DNA of 49,667 nucleotides from Octopus bimaculoides (Eukaryota): positions 14,955,578 to 15,005,244 of the forward strand of contig NC_068986.1 of assembly GCF_001194135.2 (NCBI RefSeq), in the 5' to 3' direction. Position 1 is the first letter of the stretch; each line of letters opens with the position of its first letter. The position numbers and the translations under genes are program-made. The notes beneath the pieces were generated by a model that saw only the letters and a list, made by a program, of their open reading frames with translations, searched no databases and was not told where the DNA came from. Shown here one piece after another: positions 12,166-26,030 of the stretch.

Positions 12166-13774
12166 AGTTGAAAAAGCCAGCCTTGTCCCATTCTATGTCG
12201 CGTTGAATCTATCTGAGAAGTATGTTAAAGGTATACGTGTCTGTGGAAGAGAATATTTTNNNNNNNNNNNNNNNNNNNNNNNNNNNNNNNNNNNNNNNNN
12301 NNNNNNNNNNNNNNNNNNNNNNNNNNNNNNNNNNNNNNNNNNNNNNNNNNNNNNNNNNNNNNNNNNNNNNNNNNNNNNNNNNNNNNNNNNNNNNNNNNNN
12401 NNNNNNNNNNNNNNNNNNNNNNNNNNNNNNNNNNNNNNNNNNNNNNNNNNNNNNNNNNNNNNNNNNNNNNNNNNNNNNNNNNNNNNNNNNNNNNNNNNNN
12501 NNNNNNNNNNNNNNNNNNNNNNNNNNNNNNNNNNNNNNNNNNNNNNNNNNNNNNNNNNNNNNNNNNNNNNNNNNNNNNNNNNNNNNNNNNNNNNNNNNNN
12601 NNNNNNNNNNNNNNNNNNNNNNNNNNNNNNNNNNNNNNNNNNNNNNNNNNNNNNNNNNNNNNNNNNNNNNNNNNNNNNNNNNNNNNNNNATCTATCTGAG
12701 AAGTATGTTAAAGGTATACGTGTCTGTGGAAGAGAATATTTTCGAAAGGAGCTACATTCCAACGTATTGGTTGATCCTTGATTGCATCAGATATGTGTGT
12801 TTTAGCAACGAGTGTATTTTATTTTAAAGTTACTATTCCTATGTATTTGCGAGTGTGTGTGTTAAAGCGCTGAAAACTAGGAAATGAAGACAAATCGGAA
12901 ATGCTTACTAATTACTATAGTTGAATAATACGTCATCGATAATAGTGCACAGTAGTGAGAAATGAAATGAACGATCTAATCGAGGAAAACATAAACATCA
13001 AAAAATCAAATTAATAATTTAAGCAATTAACAAAGTTGAAACCAATATTAAATTAATACAAAGCAACCATACGCTTTTAATCATCTATTCTCGACGTACG
13101 TGCCTAAATTAAAGTTTCGGTAAGCTATATATAATATAGTCTAACGTTTACTTTACATAAAACCTCATATTCATATTAACCATTTCATTTACTCTTTAAT
13201 ATTAATGCTATATCTGGTAAGGATTATTTAATCATTTTAGTTACATATGTAAGCATATTGCTCATGAGATACCGCTTGATTCATGGTTCCAATAACCTTA
13301 CAATCATATCTGATTTATTCTCTAAATTACATCTAATGGTAGTTTCTGAAATCGTATTCACAGGTGTGAACACACGAAAAACCTGTCTCCCTCCTCACAT
13401 TCAGGATCGAGAACTTGAATACAAGATTTGAAAAATTCTTCTATAAAAAATACCTTATGGTATTATTTTACGGATGCTATACCACTTGATATTATTGTAA
13501 ACATGTAAACAATAATATCATTATATATATATTTGTATATCATTTTTATATTTGGTTTGCAAGATTCTTTATGTAAATTCGTATGTTGAAGCATATTTTA
13601 TTGTGTCTAGGGAAAGTCATTCTCTTTTGGTGTCCATATACAGACATGCACACAAGGAGACAGAAGTACACACATAATTACACACACATACATGCACAAA
13701 ACACAAACACACACACAAACACACAAACACACAAACATAAAACACGCAAATATCTATCTGTCTTTCTGTCTACC

Positions 13775-13782
13775 TCTCTCTC

Positions 13783-13870
<88 letters not shown>
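13775..13870. repeat. (CT)n microsatellite
   Basis: Direct reading. Confidence 0.95.
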
Positions 13871-13873
<3 letters not shown>

Positions 13874-13929
13874 GTATGTATATATATATTTCTGCCTTCA
13901 ATCCTTAGACTCCGGCAATGCGTGGGCAC

Positions 13930-14085
13930 CAACATGCAGAACTTTTAGTCGAAATATTCGGCCTCCTTACTTACTTTTAAAGTTCAATACTCATTATATC
14001 GGTCTAGTTTGCAGGATCGCTAGGTTACGGGGATGTAAATAAACCAACTTATGGTATCAAGTGCTGTTGGAGGACAAACACAGTC
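13930..14085 (+). mobile_element. SINE body module C (..CGCTAGGTTACGGGGATGTAAA..GTATCAAG..)
   Basis: Similar to 29780-29910, 33225-33400 (minus), 47250-47427 and 48555-48700. Confidence 0.6.
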
Positions 14086-14094
14086 ATGTACAGA

Positions 14095-14455
14095 ACTGCA
14101 TGTACCACATGCAATTCTCTGTATATTATCAGAAAAATAGGGTTCGAGTACACAGGGGTATTAGAAAGAAATTAGATAACATTATATGTAATGATACCAG
14201 TGGTACGTGGCCTAGATATAGAAACAAAGACTGGAATAGGATACTTCAGAATATATAAAGGGGAAAAATTTCTTTTCATAGCAAGAATATCTAAAAACAA
14301 AATCACTGAGAGGCAACATTGTCTGTGAAATCTCAATTGTTTGAAAAATGTTGGCGGCAGAGGAGAAACCTTGCGTATAAGATGTTTGTAGGAAAATATT
14401 TTCATAAAGACCACTTATCGATTCATGTTCGTATTATCACAGGTGGGAATAAGAA
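14095..14455 (+). pseudogene. Possible degenerate C2H2 zinc-finger array relic
   Basis: Across frames: ACTTCNSLY..VRVHRG, FRIYKGEKF, EKPCV*DVCRKIFS and KDHLSIHVRIITGGNK, resembling C-x2-C...H-x3-H-TGEKP units. Confidence 0.35.
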
Positions 14456-17333
14456 AATAATCAAATTCTTTCATACGGTTGATAGTTATGACAGCAAAGG
14501 TGCCCATTCAGCTACTACCGACTACGAGTGTATATAGTAAGTATATATGTATACATAATTCAAATGCAGTACATCTATCTATGTTTATCATGGGTGTGTG
14601 TTCGAAAATTAAGCACCATGTTAAACGAATAATAGAACATATGGGAAAAACAAGTTTCCTTGTGAGACCGTACGTTGCCCCCACCTAACTTACCCAAATA
14701 ACACCCCAGTTTTTAAACACACATCATACGCTTGAAAAATATTTTGTGTAAAATTTAATAACATAATATCGGTATATAATAAAAAATAACAGTAAAAATA
14801 TTATAACAAGCAGAATCATTCATTGATTGCTGATCCGTGTTATCACAGATCAATTCGTGATAAGCATAACATGGCTCACAATTGAGCATAAGCTGTTATC
14901 CAGGATCAGTGATGAGTAACTCAATCTAGAAGTGTACGAATGGATTGCTGCATTACTACTTAGAGATATGAAGAGAATGTCATATTTCATTCATTTGGAT
15001 GTGAAACATTACAGTCAGATCGCTAGCTTTCATTAATGCGATCTCAGTACAAATATCATATTTCTTAATTTCCTGAATTAATGAAGAAATCAAACGTTAA
15101 TGTTCTCCAAAATTGTTGCTGTTGCCCCTTAGGTGATCGCTGATCCAGCTTTCTTTTGATCAAAGGTATTTCAATAGTAAACATTCCCGCTTTCTAGTGT
15201 ATGCTTAACTACCTTATATAAGCCCCCCCCCCGTCCTTTGTTAAATAACACAGAAAGTGTGATTTGGATTATCTTTGTAGCACGTCGATGGATCACACAA
15301 AAGCGCCTTTGTTAGCTCGCTAATAACAAAATCATTTCAAGTGTTTATGTTAAAGCCATATTGTTGTTTAGTTTGATGTTTGCCTTTTGAATTGGCAATA
15401 AATAGAAAATAGAGCTCATTGAATGGAAGATGGAATAATGATACTTATCTTCTTTACACAATAGTTTTACTGGCTTAAAAGAGGTAAACTAATGGTAACT
15501 GAAAATCGAAACCTGCTACGTTCTCAGTTCTTTCTTCGGTGATCTTTACAATTTACAAGCAGAAATATGGTGTTATTAAATGAAACACACAATGAAAAAA
15601 GTTAATGTTCCTAGATTACGTTGACTTTGAAAGTATTTTTGGTGTAAAATGGATTTTTAAAAAATACAGTAAGGTAATAAAGGTAATATTGATGGGAAAC
15701 TGTATATAAATATTAATTAATTAATAGAAAGAGAGCAATTGTTCTGTTAATATCCCCGAATCCATCTTTGTTTGACCGTGTTACATGTTCTTTTGCTGAG
15801 AATGGAAACTACGTGACAATTTGATGGAAAGAAATGACTGCATTAACGGAGCTGCCGTTAAAACTGAAAACAGAGTTTATTGATATGCATTAGCATTCAT
15901 CTAAGCATTATACATGTCCAAAATTGTATGAGAGACATTGCAATTGTTCAGAAATTCAATAAATGTGTATAGTGTAAGAGGGAAATTATTAAATATAGAA
16001 TTTATATAATGATACTAGCAAGATTTTATGTCAGATTTACGAAGGTAGTGGAGAAATATATCAAATGATTCGCAGCTCAAATGTATATCATTAAAATAGA
16101 ATGTAAATGGAGATATTCCAACAGAATTTATCATACACTAAGAGAAATAGTTGAATCGGTTTTGTAAACTAGTTGATACACAGCGTATCACTGTAATGCT
16201 TTATATGGAATTTTATGTTCAGCTGCTCTGAAAGCAAATTGCCGTTGTATACAAGCTAAAATATGTATATTCGTGTGAACATGGTTTTTGCAGAACAACA
16301 ATATTGCATATGTATGGGAGATCATTCTAGACATTTTCCTTGGTCAGGAAAAATTTACAAAATTTATCACATGTAGATTTAAATTTGGGAAAGATTGCAA
16401 GGACCATTAGTCAACAGAAAACACTTATTTCCCGGGCGATAGAAATTATCTTTAAACGTTTATACATTATTACATAAAGTAATCTTATTTACTGACCACC
16501 ATGTGTTGGTCATGTAACACATTTTAAAGGATATAAGTAGTAACACAGTGAAATGTAAACGCAAGGATATTCTGCTAACTTCACAAGTGAATAATATTCA
16601 TACTACAATAAATACAGATATGTATGAGCGAAGCGTATGTTTATATCTGCGTAATCTGAGCTAGAATATTTGAAATGTGTTTCTACATTGGTCAAATATA
16701 CAGATATGAAGCAACATCACTGTAAATTTACATATTTTTCTTTGTACGATGGCGGAATTACGATAGTTATTGAAAATCCATATTAATATCTAATTTTTCT
16801 TTTTATTATTTCGGTCTAACAATGTTGTAGCATTAGCATGATACGAGAGTACTGGACAGCAAACATCCTCTGACAATTAGTAAAAAAGAAAATAGCTGAC
16901 GTTAATACAGTAATGAAAGAGACTGCCAGTGAAAAATTGTCGATATAAAATGAAGAGATGATACCTAATAAAACATTGATAGCGTTTTAAAATTCAATAA
17001 GCTTATCATAATAATGCATAAATTACATAATCCATATGTAATGAAAGCATATAATGTATGAGAATGTTATATACCTACTTGTTGTCGGAGAACTACTGCA
17101 AGTTTCGAGATCAGATAGAGTGTAATGATTATGTATGTTACAGTACTATAGAAACTAACGAAAAACTTTTTAATAAAGATGCGTTGAAATGAAATCGCTT
17201 AAACATTCAAGGAACATGGTGTATATAATTGTTACATACAAATCTTACCTTCAAGGTACATGAATAGACGTCTGTAAATATACAGAACTCATGGAGATAC
17301 GACCATATAACTCCTTCTCTTATTATACATGTA

Positions 17334-17388
<55 letters not shown>

Positions 17389-18272
17389 AGAAATGAATCT
17401 TTCACTAATTCTTCCTCGTGTACAAATGATACGATATCGTATATAAAACAATGACAAAGCTATAGCAAAACTGTATTTGAAAGATGAAAATTCGGCTGGA
17501 AATGCATTATCAGGTTTCATAATTTCTAGTCACAACTCTGGAGAAATGAAACCCACTTAGATGTAGCTAGAGGTGAAGTCATTTATCTTCATCAAAATGA
17601 AAGAGATGCAGATCATAAATCAAACATACTCACTGAGAAGGTACTGCTAACGTTTTACATATTTTCTCCTTTTGCCATTTCTTCTCATTATTTCAACAGT
17701 CTTTGAACAAGCTGGCCGCAGGACATCTATCGCAGCTCAATCTTGGAATCTCTTTATTCTGATGTAACTTATCAGCCAAATACATCGTTTACTCGACATA
17801 TTTCTGGGGAAACCATATATCCCGAAACTGTCTCTATCCCCTAACCCTCGTCTATTTCCCGGCAGGAGCCAGCTGGCAATGGGCTATTTAGCTAGACGCG
17901 AAGACGTGAATATATCTTCGGCAATGCTGACACTTCAACGATTAAATAAGCAAAAGAAAAAATATAACCAGCACAAACACGAAGAGACTTCTTTCACATT
18001 TTTGTCTGGGGAGTGTCAGCATTTAAGAGATAATTACTCGATATCTTACAGTTGAAAAAGTATGTTAAAGAATCTGATTGAATCGTGATTGAAATATATT
18101 CTGTTAGCTGTATTTCATATATGACTGTACAACTTTGGGAAAATCATACGTCATTAGAAAAATAGAAAATCATTAAATATCAGTCTTGCGATTCTTTACT
18201 GTGACATTCTAATCACTTGTTCATAGTAGCGGAGATGTGACGTCTCAGTACGAAAAAATAACAGCTCAACCC

Positions 18273-18377
18273 GGAGAGACTCCCTGAGCCTCGCACCTTG
18301 ACGCTTGCACCCTGAGCCTTGCACCCTGATTCTTGCACCCTGAGCCCCACACCTGGAGAGACCCCGAACCTTGCGCC
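18273..18377 (+). repeat. GC-rich heptamer/14-mer minisatellite (CCCTGAG-CCTTGCA)n
   Basis: Alternating 7-mers are directly visible. GGAGAGAC occurs at 18273 and 18355. Confidence 0.75.
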
Positions 18378-18764
18378 GTATCGATTAAGGTTAATCTAGA
18401 CTTTTCGAGTAAAGAAAAACACATTTTAGCCGCTTCTATTCTCGACCGTGTGCTTTCCATTTCAATTATAATGATGTGTTCAGAAAACGAACCAAAAACC
18501 GCCAGTGTTACTTAAATGAAGGATCGTATCACTGCATAATAGATATGGTATCTTATTTTATATTTAGTTAAAAAAAAAATTTATTTGATGATGAGGTTAT
18601 TTCGATAAAGTTTTACTGTCTCTACATGTTTCATTTTGCAATTTAGAGTCTGCAAAATGAATTAATAAAAATAAAGCGACTATAGAAATAATCTCACGAT
18701 TTGGAGCAAAGATTTTTATCTTCTCGTATAAATTCATTGATTTCTCTTTCAATGCATTCCTTTT

Positions 18765-19850
<1,086 letters not shown>

Positions 19851-20004
19851 TCCACCGATAATTCAAACATATATTTAACTAACGTAATAGCTTTTACATA
19901 GTTTGTCGAACACCTAGAAAAAGGAACGAAATCTCTTCCGTTTACTTTTTAATCTTTAGAGAAATAACTTTAAAATGTTGGCACTAGGCCAGTAATTTTG
20001 TGAG

Positions 20005-20170
20005 AGGGCTTAGGTCGATTACATCAACCCCAGTGCTCCACTAGAACCTTATTTTGTCAACCCTAAAATGATGAAAGACAAAGTCGACCATTGTACAATT
20101 TCATGTCATATCTTAAAAACGCACGAAATTTCGTTCGACTTGCTAATGGTTCAGCTAACTCGCCACCTTA
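20005..20170 (+). mobile_element. SINE body/tail module
   Basis: GGTCGATTACATCAACCCCAGT...GATGAAAGACAAAGTCGACC...GCTAA..CTCGCCACCTT; near-identical layout at 46015-46210. Confidence 0.65.
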
Positions 20171-20657
20171 CTCTTTAGAAATATAAAGCTTTGTTATATA
20201 ATGGCGGTTATACATGGGAATGCGTCGTGCATTTATCAAGGGTTTTTGGTTGCAGCACCATACAAGCCAGCGGCTATATGGTAATCTTTCTAACATGATC
20301 TCTGTAATGTGCTGCAAAAGAACATGTTATGTAAGACAATTTTGAAGCAAGCATAAAATATCCAGCGATTTTCTTCGCTGGAAACCCACACATGCTAATA
20401 CATGCGTCAGCGGGTCAAGAAGATATACCAATAAGCTGCCTGTAGATGATAGTAGATATGAGGATATCTATGGAAGATTAGGACATCTGGCGTGGAAGTT
20501 ACATTGATTCGGGTAGAACTTCTGACCAGATATAATCGGATGGGATATGATGGAGGCATGATCATTTCTACAGTAATAATTGGAAGATATCGATTAAAAC
20601 GTTCTTGCTCATAGGTTCACAGGACTGCTCTTAAGTTCCTTCTATACAACAACAACA

Positions 20658-20697
<40 letters not shown>

Positions 20698-21564
20698 AAA
20701 CAACAACAACGACGGTGATGATAGTTATCTAGTTACATATAAGTGAAATTCGTAGCGCCAACGTGGCTGTTCGACGCACTGGAATTATCATTTGAATTAT
20801 CCACAATCCACACCCAGACTTCTTTAAAAGAGACATAACCCTGCATATTCTTTGTATAAAAAGGTGACATACTTGTAACTGGAAAGTCTCCAGTCATGGC
20901 TTTTTTCTGCGAAACTTATTCTAGTTATTTAAACTGACATTTTTTATAGTATAACGTAAATGCATATTTATCGCTATTTGATCTGATCAACCACGAAATA
21001 AATATTACAAGCTCTGATATGTCCCAGTTCGTAATCACTCAAAAAGGAAAATGTACTAGCTTCATTTCTACAATAATCTTTTTAATTGTAGAAAATATTC
21101 CGTATTTTGTGTCTGGCATTTTAAAACAGCAATTAGAAAAACAAATTTAATGCAAATTTCGTTAATAGGTTTCATTATTTATATGTATGTAACTCTTTCG
21201 TTCCCCCGCAACAGACGTTCGTCTCGTTCAAGAGAATTTCGGCCATCTCCATCATTTATATGCCATGGAAACTGACAAACCGCCCTTATAAGCTGTAGGT
21301 CTCAAGAAACATTTTTAAGAACTCTTTTTGTCAAGACCAATTAGCAGAGGTGAGAGGATTCGTAGAAAGCCGCTGTCGGTTGAGCACCAGACAAATGAAA
21401 ATACAAACGGCGTTGATGTAATGGTTATATCTTTTCTATCTTTGAGTTTCTATTGAGATCAGCTTCACATTTTTTCGTAAATTTGGAGTAAATAACGTAA
21501 AGTAATAGTGAAGTACAACGATCAGAGTATCGACGCAATATTATCAATCCCTGTCTCGAGTCCT

Positions 21565-21787
21565 AGTGCTCGTAAGGACGGTTACCCGGTTTCCGTCGCG
21601 TAAAGTGACAGAGATAAAACCATTCCAGTCCGTCGCAAGGTGTATTCATTTACAGCTGAGTGGACTAGAGCTAAATGAAATGAAGGGATTGGGGCAAGAA
21701 CAGAACGAGCCTTTCCGTCTGGGAATCGAAACCAGGATGTTGAGATTGTGACTCCAATACCCTAACCACTAAACTACACGCCTTCAC
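21565..21787 (-). mobile_element. tRNA-derived SINE (family A) with extended central domain
   Basis: Reverse complement has an A box (GTAGTTTAGTGG) and B box (GGTTTCGATTCCC), then CAGCTGTAAATG..GACGGACTGG..GGAAACCGGG. Confidence 0.7.
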
Positions 21788-22494
21788 TCCAACAACATAG
21801 ATTTTCCATAAAATATGCCCGTTTTATCCCCTATTTCCATTGTTTTGCTCTCCGTTCCATTTTATACACAGCTGTATATTGGTATTTAAAAGAAGGTCTT
21901 ATTGTTCTTGACATTTATCGGTAATGTAGCTTTTATTTTGATTTGGCAAACATGGACAATGATTTGGGGAATTAAGTAAATGAGAGAATCGTGACATTTA
22001 TTAAACTATCTAAGAGCATAAGCGAATAACTGAAATAGCGCTGTACAAAGCGAGAATTAAATGTTAATCAAGGTCTTCACATGGTATAACCTTCGGACTC
22101 ACTGTACAGCTGGGTCCATATCGGTGAAACTTTAAGAATCGTGATAATTGGGAACATGTGACATTCGTAGCATTCTCTAGAATATTATTCCGAATGAAAT
22201 ATCGAATCAGTGGTATGCTATTAAGAATCTAAGGCCATGTAATACTTCATGTTTCTCTTATACTCTCTCTCACTAACTTTCCACCTGCCTGTCTGTTTTT
22301 CTGTCTTCTTCATTCTACCATCTCTCTCTCTAACTCTCTCTTTTTCTTCTTCGTACAATATGCAAAATTTAATAATGAATACACAATCAAACCTCACAGC
22401 TCGATTCATCTTCCTCCTCAATCCCTCGAATTTTTAAACAGCAATTAGACACAATTTTATGGCAAGTTTCGTTCATCGGTTTCATTATTTCGAG

Positions 22495-22705
22495 GCCTAG
22501 TACTTCTACGGCCAGTTTCCATAGCGTATATGGGATGAAGATCGCACAAGTCCGCCTGGACGGGACGCCACAACCCTTACAAGATTTCTTTCATTTACAG
22601 TTGAGTGAAGGGGAGTGACATTAAATAAAGTATTTTGTTCAACTGCTCGGTCCGGGAGTTGAAGCTTCAATCTTGTGACCGTGGTTGTAATACACATCCA
22701 CAAAA
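22495..22705 (-). mobile_element. tRNA-derived SINE (family A-like), degenerate
   Basis: Reverse complement contains CAACTGTAAATG..GGCGTCCCGTCCAGG..GGAAACTGGCC, homologous to 21565-21787. Confidence 0.6.
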
Positions 22706-22812
22706 ATCACTGCTTGTCTTTTACTTGTTTTTCTCATGGGACAGCGGCCTTTTTAGTCGAATGAATCGACTGCAGTACATTTTTTCGTAAGCTTGGTACT
22801 TAGTTTGTCGGT

Positions 22813-22825
22813 TCTTCTTCTTCTT

Positions 22826-22924
<99 letters not shown>

Positions 22925-22943
22925 GTTGTTGTTGTTGTTGTTG
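22813..22943. repeat. Compound (CTT)n(ATT)n(GTT)n microsatellite
   Basis: Direct reading. Confidence 0.95.
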
Positions 22944-22944
22944 A

Positions 22945-23464
22945 GTGAGAGCAAGGCATGATATCAGCGGGACACTGAGATACAAATATACAACGCCTGA
23001 TATACCCATCATGATAAATATGCACCAGGCACATGCATTACAGCCAAATGTTCACAACATGGTGATCTTATATCAAGGTGGATCTTATATGCAGGTGTGT
23101 CCTAGTTAGAATCTTGTTCAGGTCGAGTAGCCTATTCCGTCCAAAAGGTATCTCAATAAGGTTTCTTTAAGGATGAAGAACAAAACACCAATGTCTCCAG
23201 AGGTGAATTATTCAACACCCACAGAATTCCTCTGAACACATGGCAATAATGACCACCCACAAATTCTGCTCGTGATCAGAGATGGACATATCGGCAGTCA
23301 CTAAGGGACATACTCAACTGGTTAAAGTCAAGCAACTGACAAGCAAATTTGTGGTGTTGAGCAGAATATTTGCTGTAGCCATCATTTATACAAAGATAAA
23401 ACAATGTACATGATAACAATTCCAATCAGTTAAAATCGAAATCCATGAGAACCAGAGCCAGGGA

Positions 23465-23465
<1 letters not shown>
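22945..23465. repeat. ~520-bp non-coding segment embedded between (ATT)n tracts; probable interspersed repeat
   Basis: Both ends abut (ATT/GTT)n and there is no ORF. Repeat status is recalled familiarity only; it occurs once in this window. Confidence 0.4.
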
Positions 23466-23518
<53 letters not shown>

Positions 23519-23529
23519 TAATTATTATT

Positions 23530-24535
23530 GTCGTTGTTGTTGTTCCGTTTGTCGCACAGGATTGGTTACTGGTAGTTTACTTCTAGTGCCAGCTGTCTGC
23601 AACCAGTGGACTGCGGTGGCACTTTCAGTCCTCAAGAACTTTTCTGAGCATTTTAGCAGTTTCAAGAACTGTTGTTTTCTATAAGTGTCACACTCTGATT
23701 CGTCTCGACAACAACTGGGACCACGTCAACATTTCCATTGCCCACAAATATATCATATCCTATGCTAGTACTTCACATCTCTGATTTGCCTGCAATCCTT
23801 TGTCACATAACTTATGGAAAGCTGAGCAAGATACATCTAGTATCAAACACACTTTGGTGACTTCATTAATTACCATATTATCCAGTTTGGAATCTTCAAT
23901 TTTTGGTAGCATTGTACCATAGAGTCCGATAAAATCTTTGCATGGTCATTTTCCATAACATCCTTTTGGTTTGTGCTCATACCACCGGCTTGCTCCTTGA
24001 AAACCGTATTTTCTGAATGACTAACACCGAACTATTTTCGCCACGTTATCATGGCGTCGCCTGTGCCCTTTCTGTGTCAGCTTCGTGAAGAGGCTCGTGA
24101 TATGTCAAACGTTTTTCTGTTGCAGGTGAGTTGCCAATATTTTTATTAATATCATATCATTTATCCACACGGCTTGCTCCTACACTGCACAATTTAAAGC
24201 TTTTGTTTCTGGTTTAAGAACACTTTTCCGCATTTATAACCAACTCTACTGAAATCGGTTTCGGTTGCTGCGTCCATGTAAAATTGCTCGTATATTCTAT
24301 TTTCTATCCATCTTCTTTCGGTTTCAATTGGCTTCTCCTCCTTCTATACACACTCTTCGTTGCAATCATCAATTTTCATCCAATTTGACTTTTTAAATTC
24401 ACGCAGCATTGATACGGAAGCAGTGTTTTATTTACCAAACCACTTCTGCTACTACACAAATAACGAGCTCTCTCCTTCCTTTCTTTCTTTCTTCACGTAT
24501 ATTGTGGCAACATGAAAGGTTTCGTATTGCTGTTA
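23530..24535 (-). pseudogene. R4/Dong-type LINE 3' part (post-RT, zinc-knuckle region, RLE), decayed
   Basis: Minus translations IYVKKERKEGREL, HRRRHDNVAKIV..KYG..RWYEHKP, VINEVTKVCLILDVS, VDVVPVVV and KTTVLETAKMLRKVLED*. The 3' end runs into (AAT)n. Confidence 0.85.
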
Positions 24536-24727
24536 TTATTATGAAGGCGGCGGGCTAAGAGAATCGTTAGCATGCTGGACGGAACAGACTTTCAAAAGCT
24601 TTTTTTATAGTCTACCCACGTTAATGATAGGTTCATGGGCCGTTTGTGGCAATCTTTCAATATCATCTTATTGTCGAGAAACTTATGTTTGCAACCATAG
24701 GTATTTCGTTTACATGCTTTTTGCTGA

Positions 24728-24743
24728 TTATTATTATTATCAT

Positions 24744-24815
<72 letters not shown>

Positions 24816-24836
24816 TACTACTACTACTACTACTAC

Positions 24837-24926
<90 letters not shown>
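24728..24926. repeat. Compound (ACT)n(ATT)n microsatellite
   Basis: Direct reading. Confidence 0.95.
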
Positions 24927-25390
24927 CTGTTGGCATCGTTTACAAGTATTGAAGTAAAATATGTGTCCAAAAAATCTCAATGTTTTTCAACGTAGCGGAA
25001 GCAGACTATTTTCATTTTGCACGATATTATCAACAGCGACTTTTATTGAACGTGTTGTTAAGCTTAACCAATACAGGTGGATGATAGACAACAATGTCAA
25101 ATTTTAAACATTTCCATTTTTATTCTACTGCAAAACAGTGAAAAAAAAAAAAATGGCTATTTGTTCTCTTATCAGGGCAAACGCTTGAACAAGAAATCAG
25201 AATTCAGAAATTGCCAGAAATAAAAAGAAAAAAAATCTACAAAATATTAATGTTTACACAAACAATAAAGTTAGAAATTACAAAAAAAAGTACGATAATT
25301 CAACGTCTATAAAAGCTTACCTTAAAAGATATGTCTAACAACAACAACAATAACAACATATGTTTACATAAGTCTATTTTGTAATGCAGT

Positions 25391-25530
25391 GAAGGCGCGT
25401 GGCATAATGGTAAGGTCATTTGGCTCACGATCGGAATGTTGAGAATGCGATTCCAGGCGGGGCGTTGTTGCCTGGAGCAAGAAAGTATATTTCGCTTTCT
25501 CCAGTGAACTCAGCTGGCAAAAATTATCAG
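25391..25530 (+). mobile_element. tRNA-derived SINE (family A)
   Basis: GGCGCGTGGCATAATGGTAAGG head (A box), degenerate B box GAATGCGATTCC, and a body like 12021-12165. Confidence 0.7.
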
Positions 25531-25589
25531 CCATTTTATTTGAAAGAGCTAGCATTATCATATTCTGTGTCATGCTCAATAACCCGGAG

Positions 25590-26030
25590 AACCATAGCGT
25601 GGAGCAGAAAAGACGGACGGTTTTGAAAAAAATTCACAAAATCACTGATTTTAGCTGCAAACAAATTTTATTGACATCAATGTGTTCGTATTGAATTAGC
25701 ACTTGTCGAAATTAAGTGTGGAAAACAACATCCATCATTTAGTGTCCGTTTTCATTGATGCATTTCTGAAAGCTTGTATGACGTTTTCCACATTTTCCGC
25801 GGTCCTTACCGTTCGTGACGCCCCCATCGGTCTCCTCTTCATTAGTATACCTTGTGTTCAAAGTGCATCCACCCAACGTAAGATTGTGTTACGGGTGGGA
25901 ATAGCCTGGTTTCGGTAAATGTTGAAGTGGCACCATACTCAGGCTGAACTGCAGTGACCGACTGGTTATTCTTCACGTAACTGTCGTAGACAAACGCGCG
26001 ATACTCTATCGTCTACAGCGCCATGGCTTC
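25590..26030 (-). mobile_element. Internally deleted Tc1/mariner element (DUF4817-type N-terminal HTH joined to C-terminus)
   Basis: Minus: MAL*TIEYRAFVYDSYVKNNQSVTAVQ..HFNIYRNQAIPTRNTILRWV..RTVRTAENVENV, then directly a transposase-like C-terminal end (..CINENGH.MDVVFHT*). Confidence 0.7.

Noticed and set aside
12207-12742. Identical 53-bp sequence on both sides of the 12260-12689 gap
   Set aside because: An exact contig-end duplication is the usual sign of an unmerged overlap, so it cannot be called a real repeat.
18281-18377. Telomere-derived repeat
   Set aside because: The units do not match TTAGGG. The resemblance to plant CCCTAAA is superficial.
20361-20382. Perfect 8-bp hairpin TCCAGCGA/TCGCTGGA
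   Set aside because: An isolated short stem is expected by chance in 50 kb.
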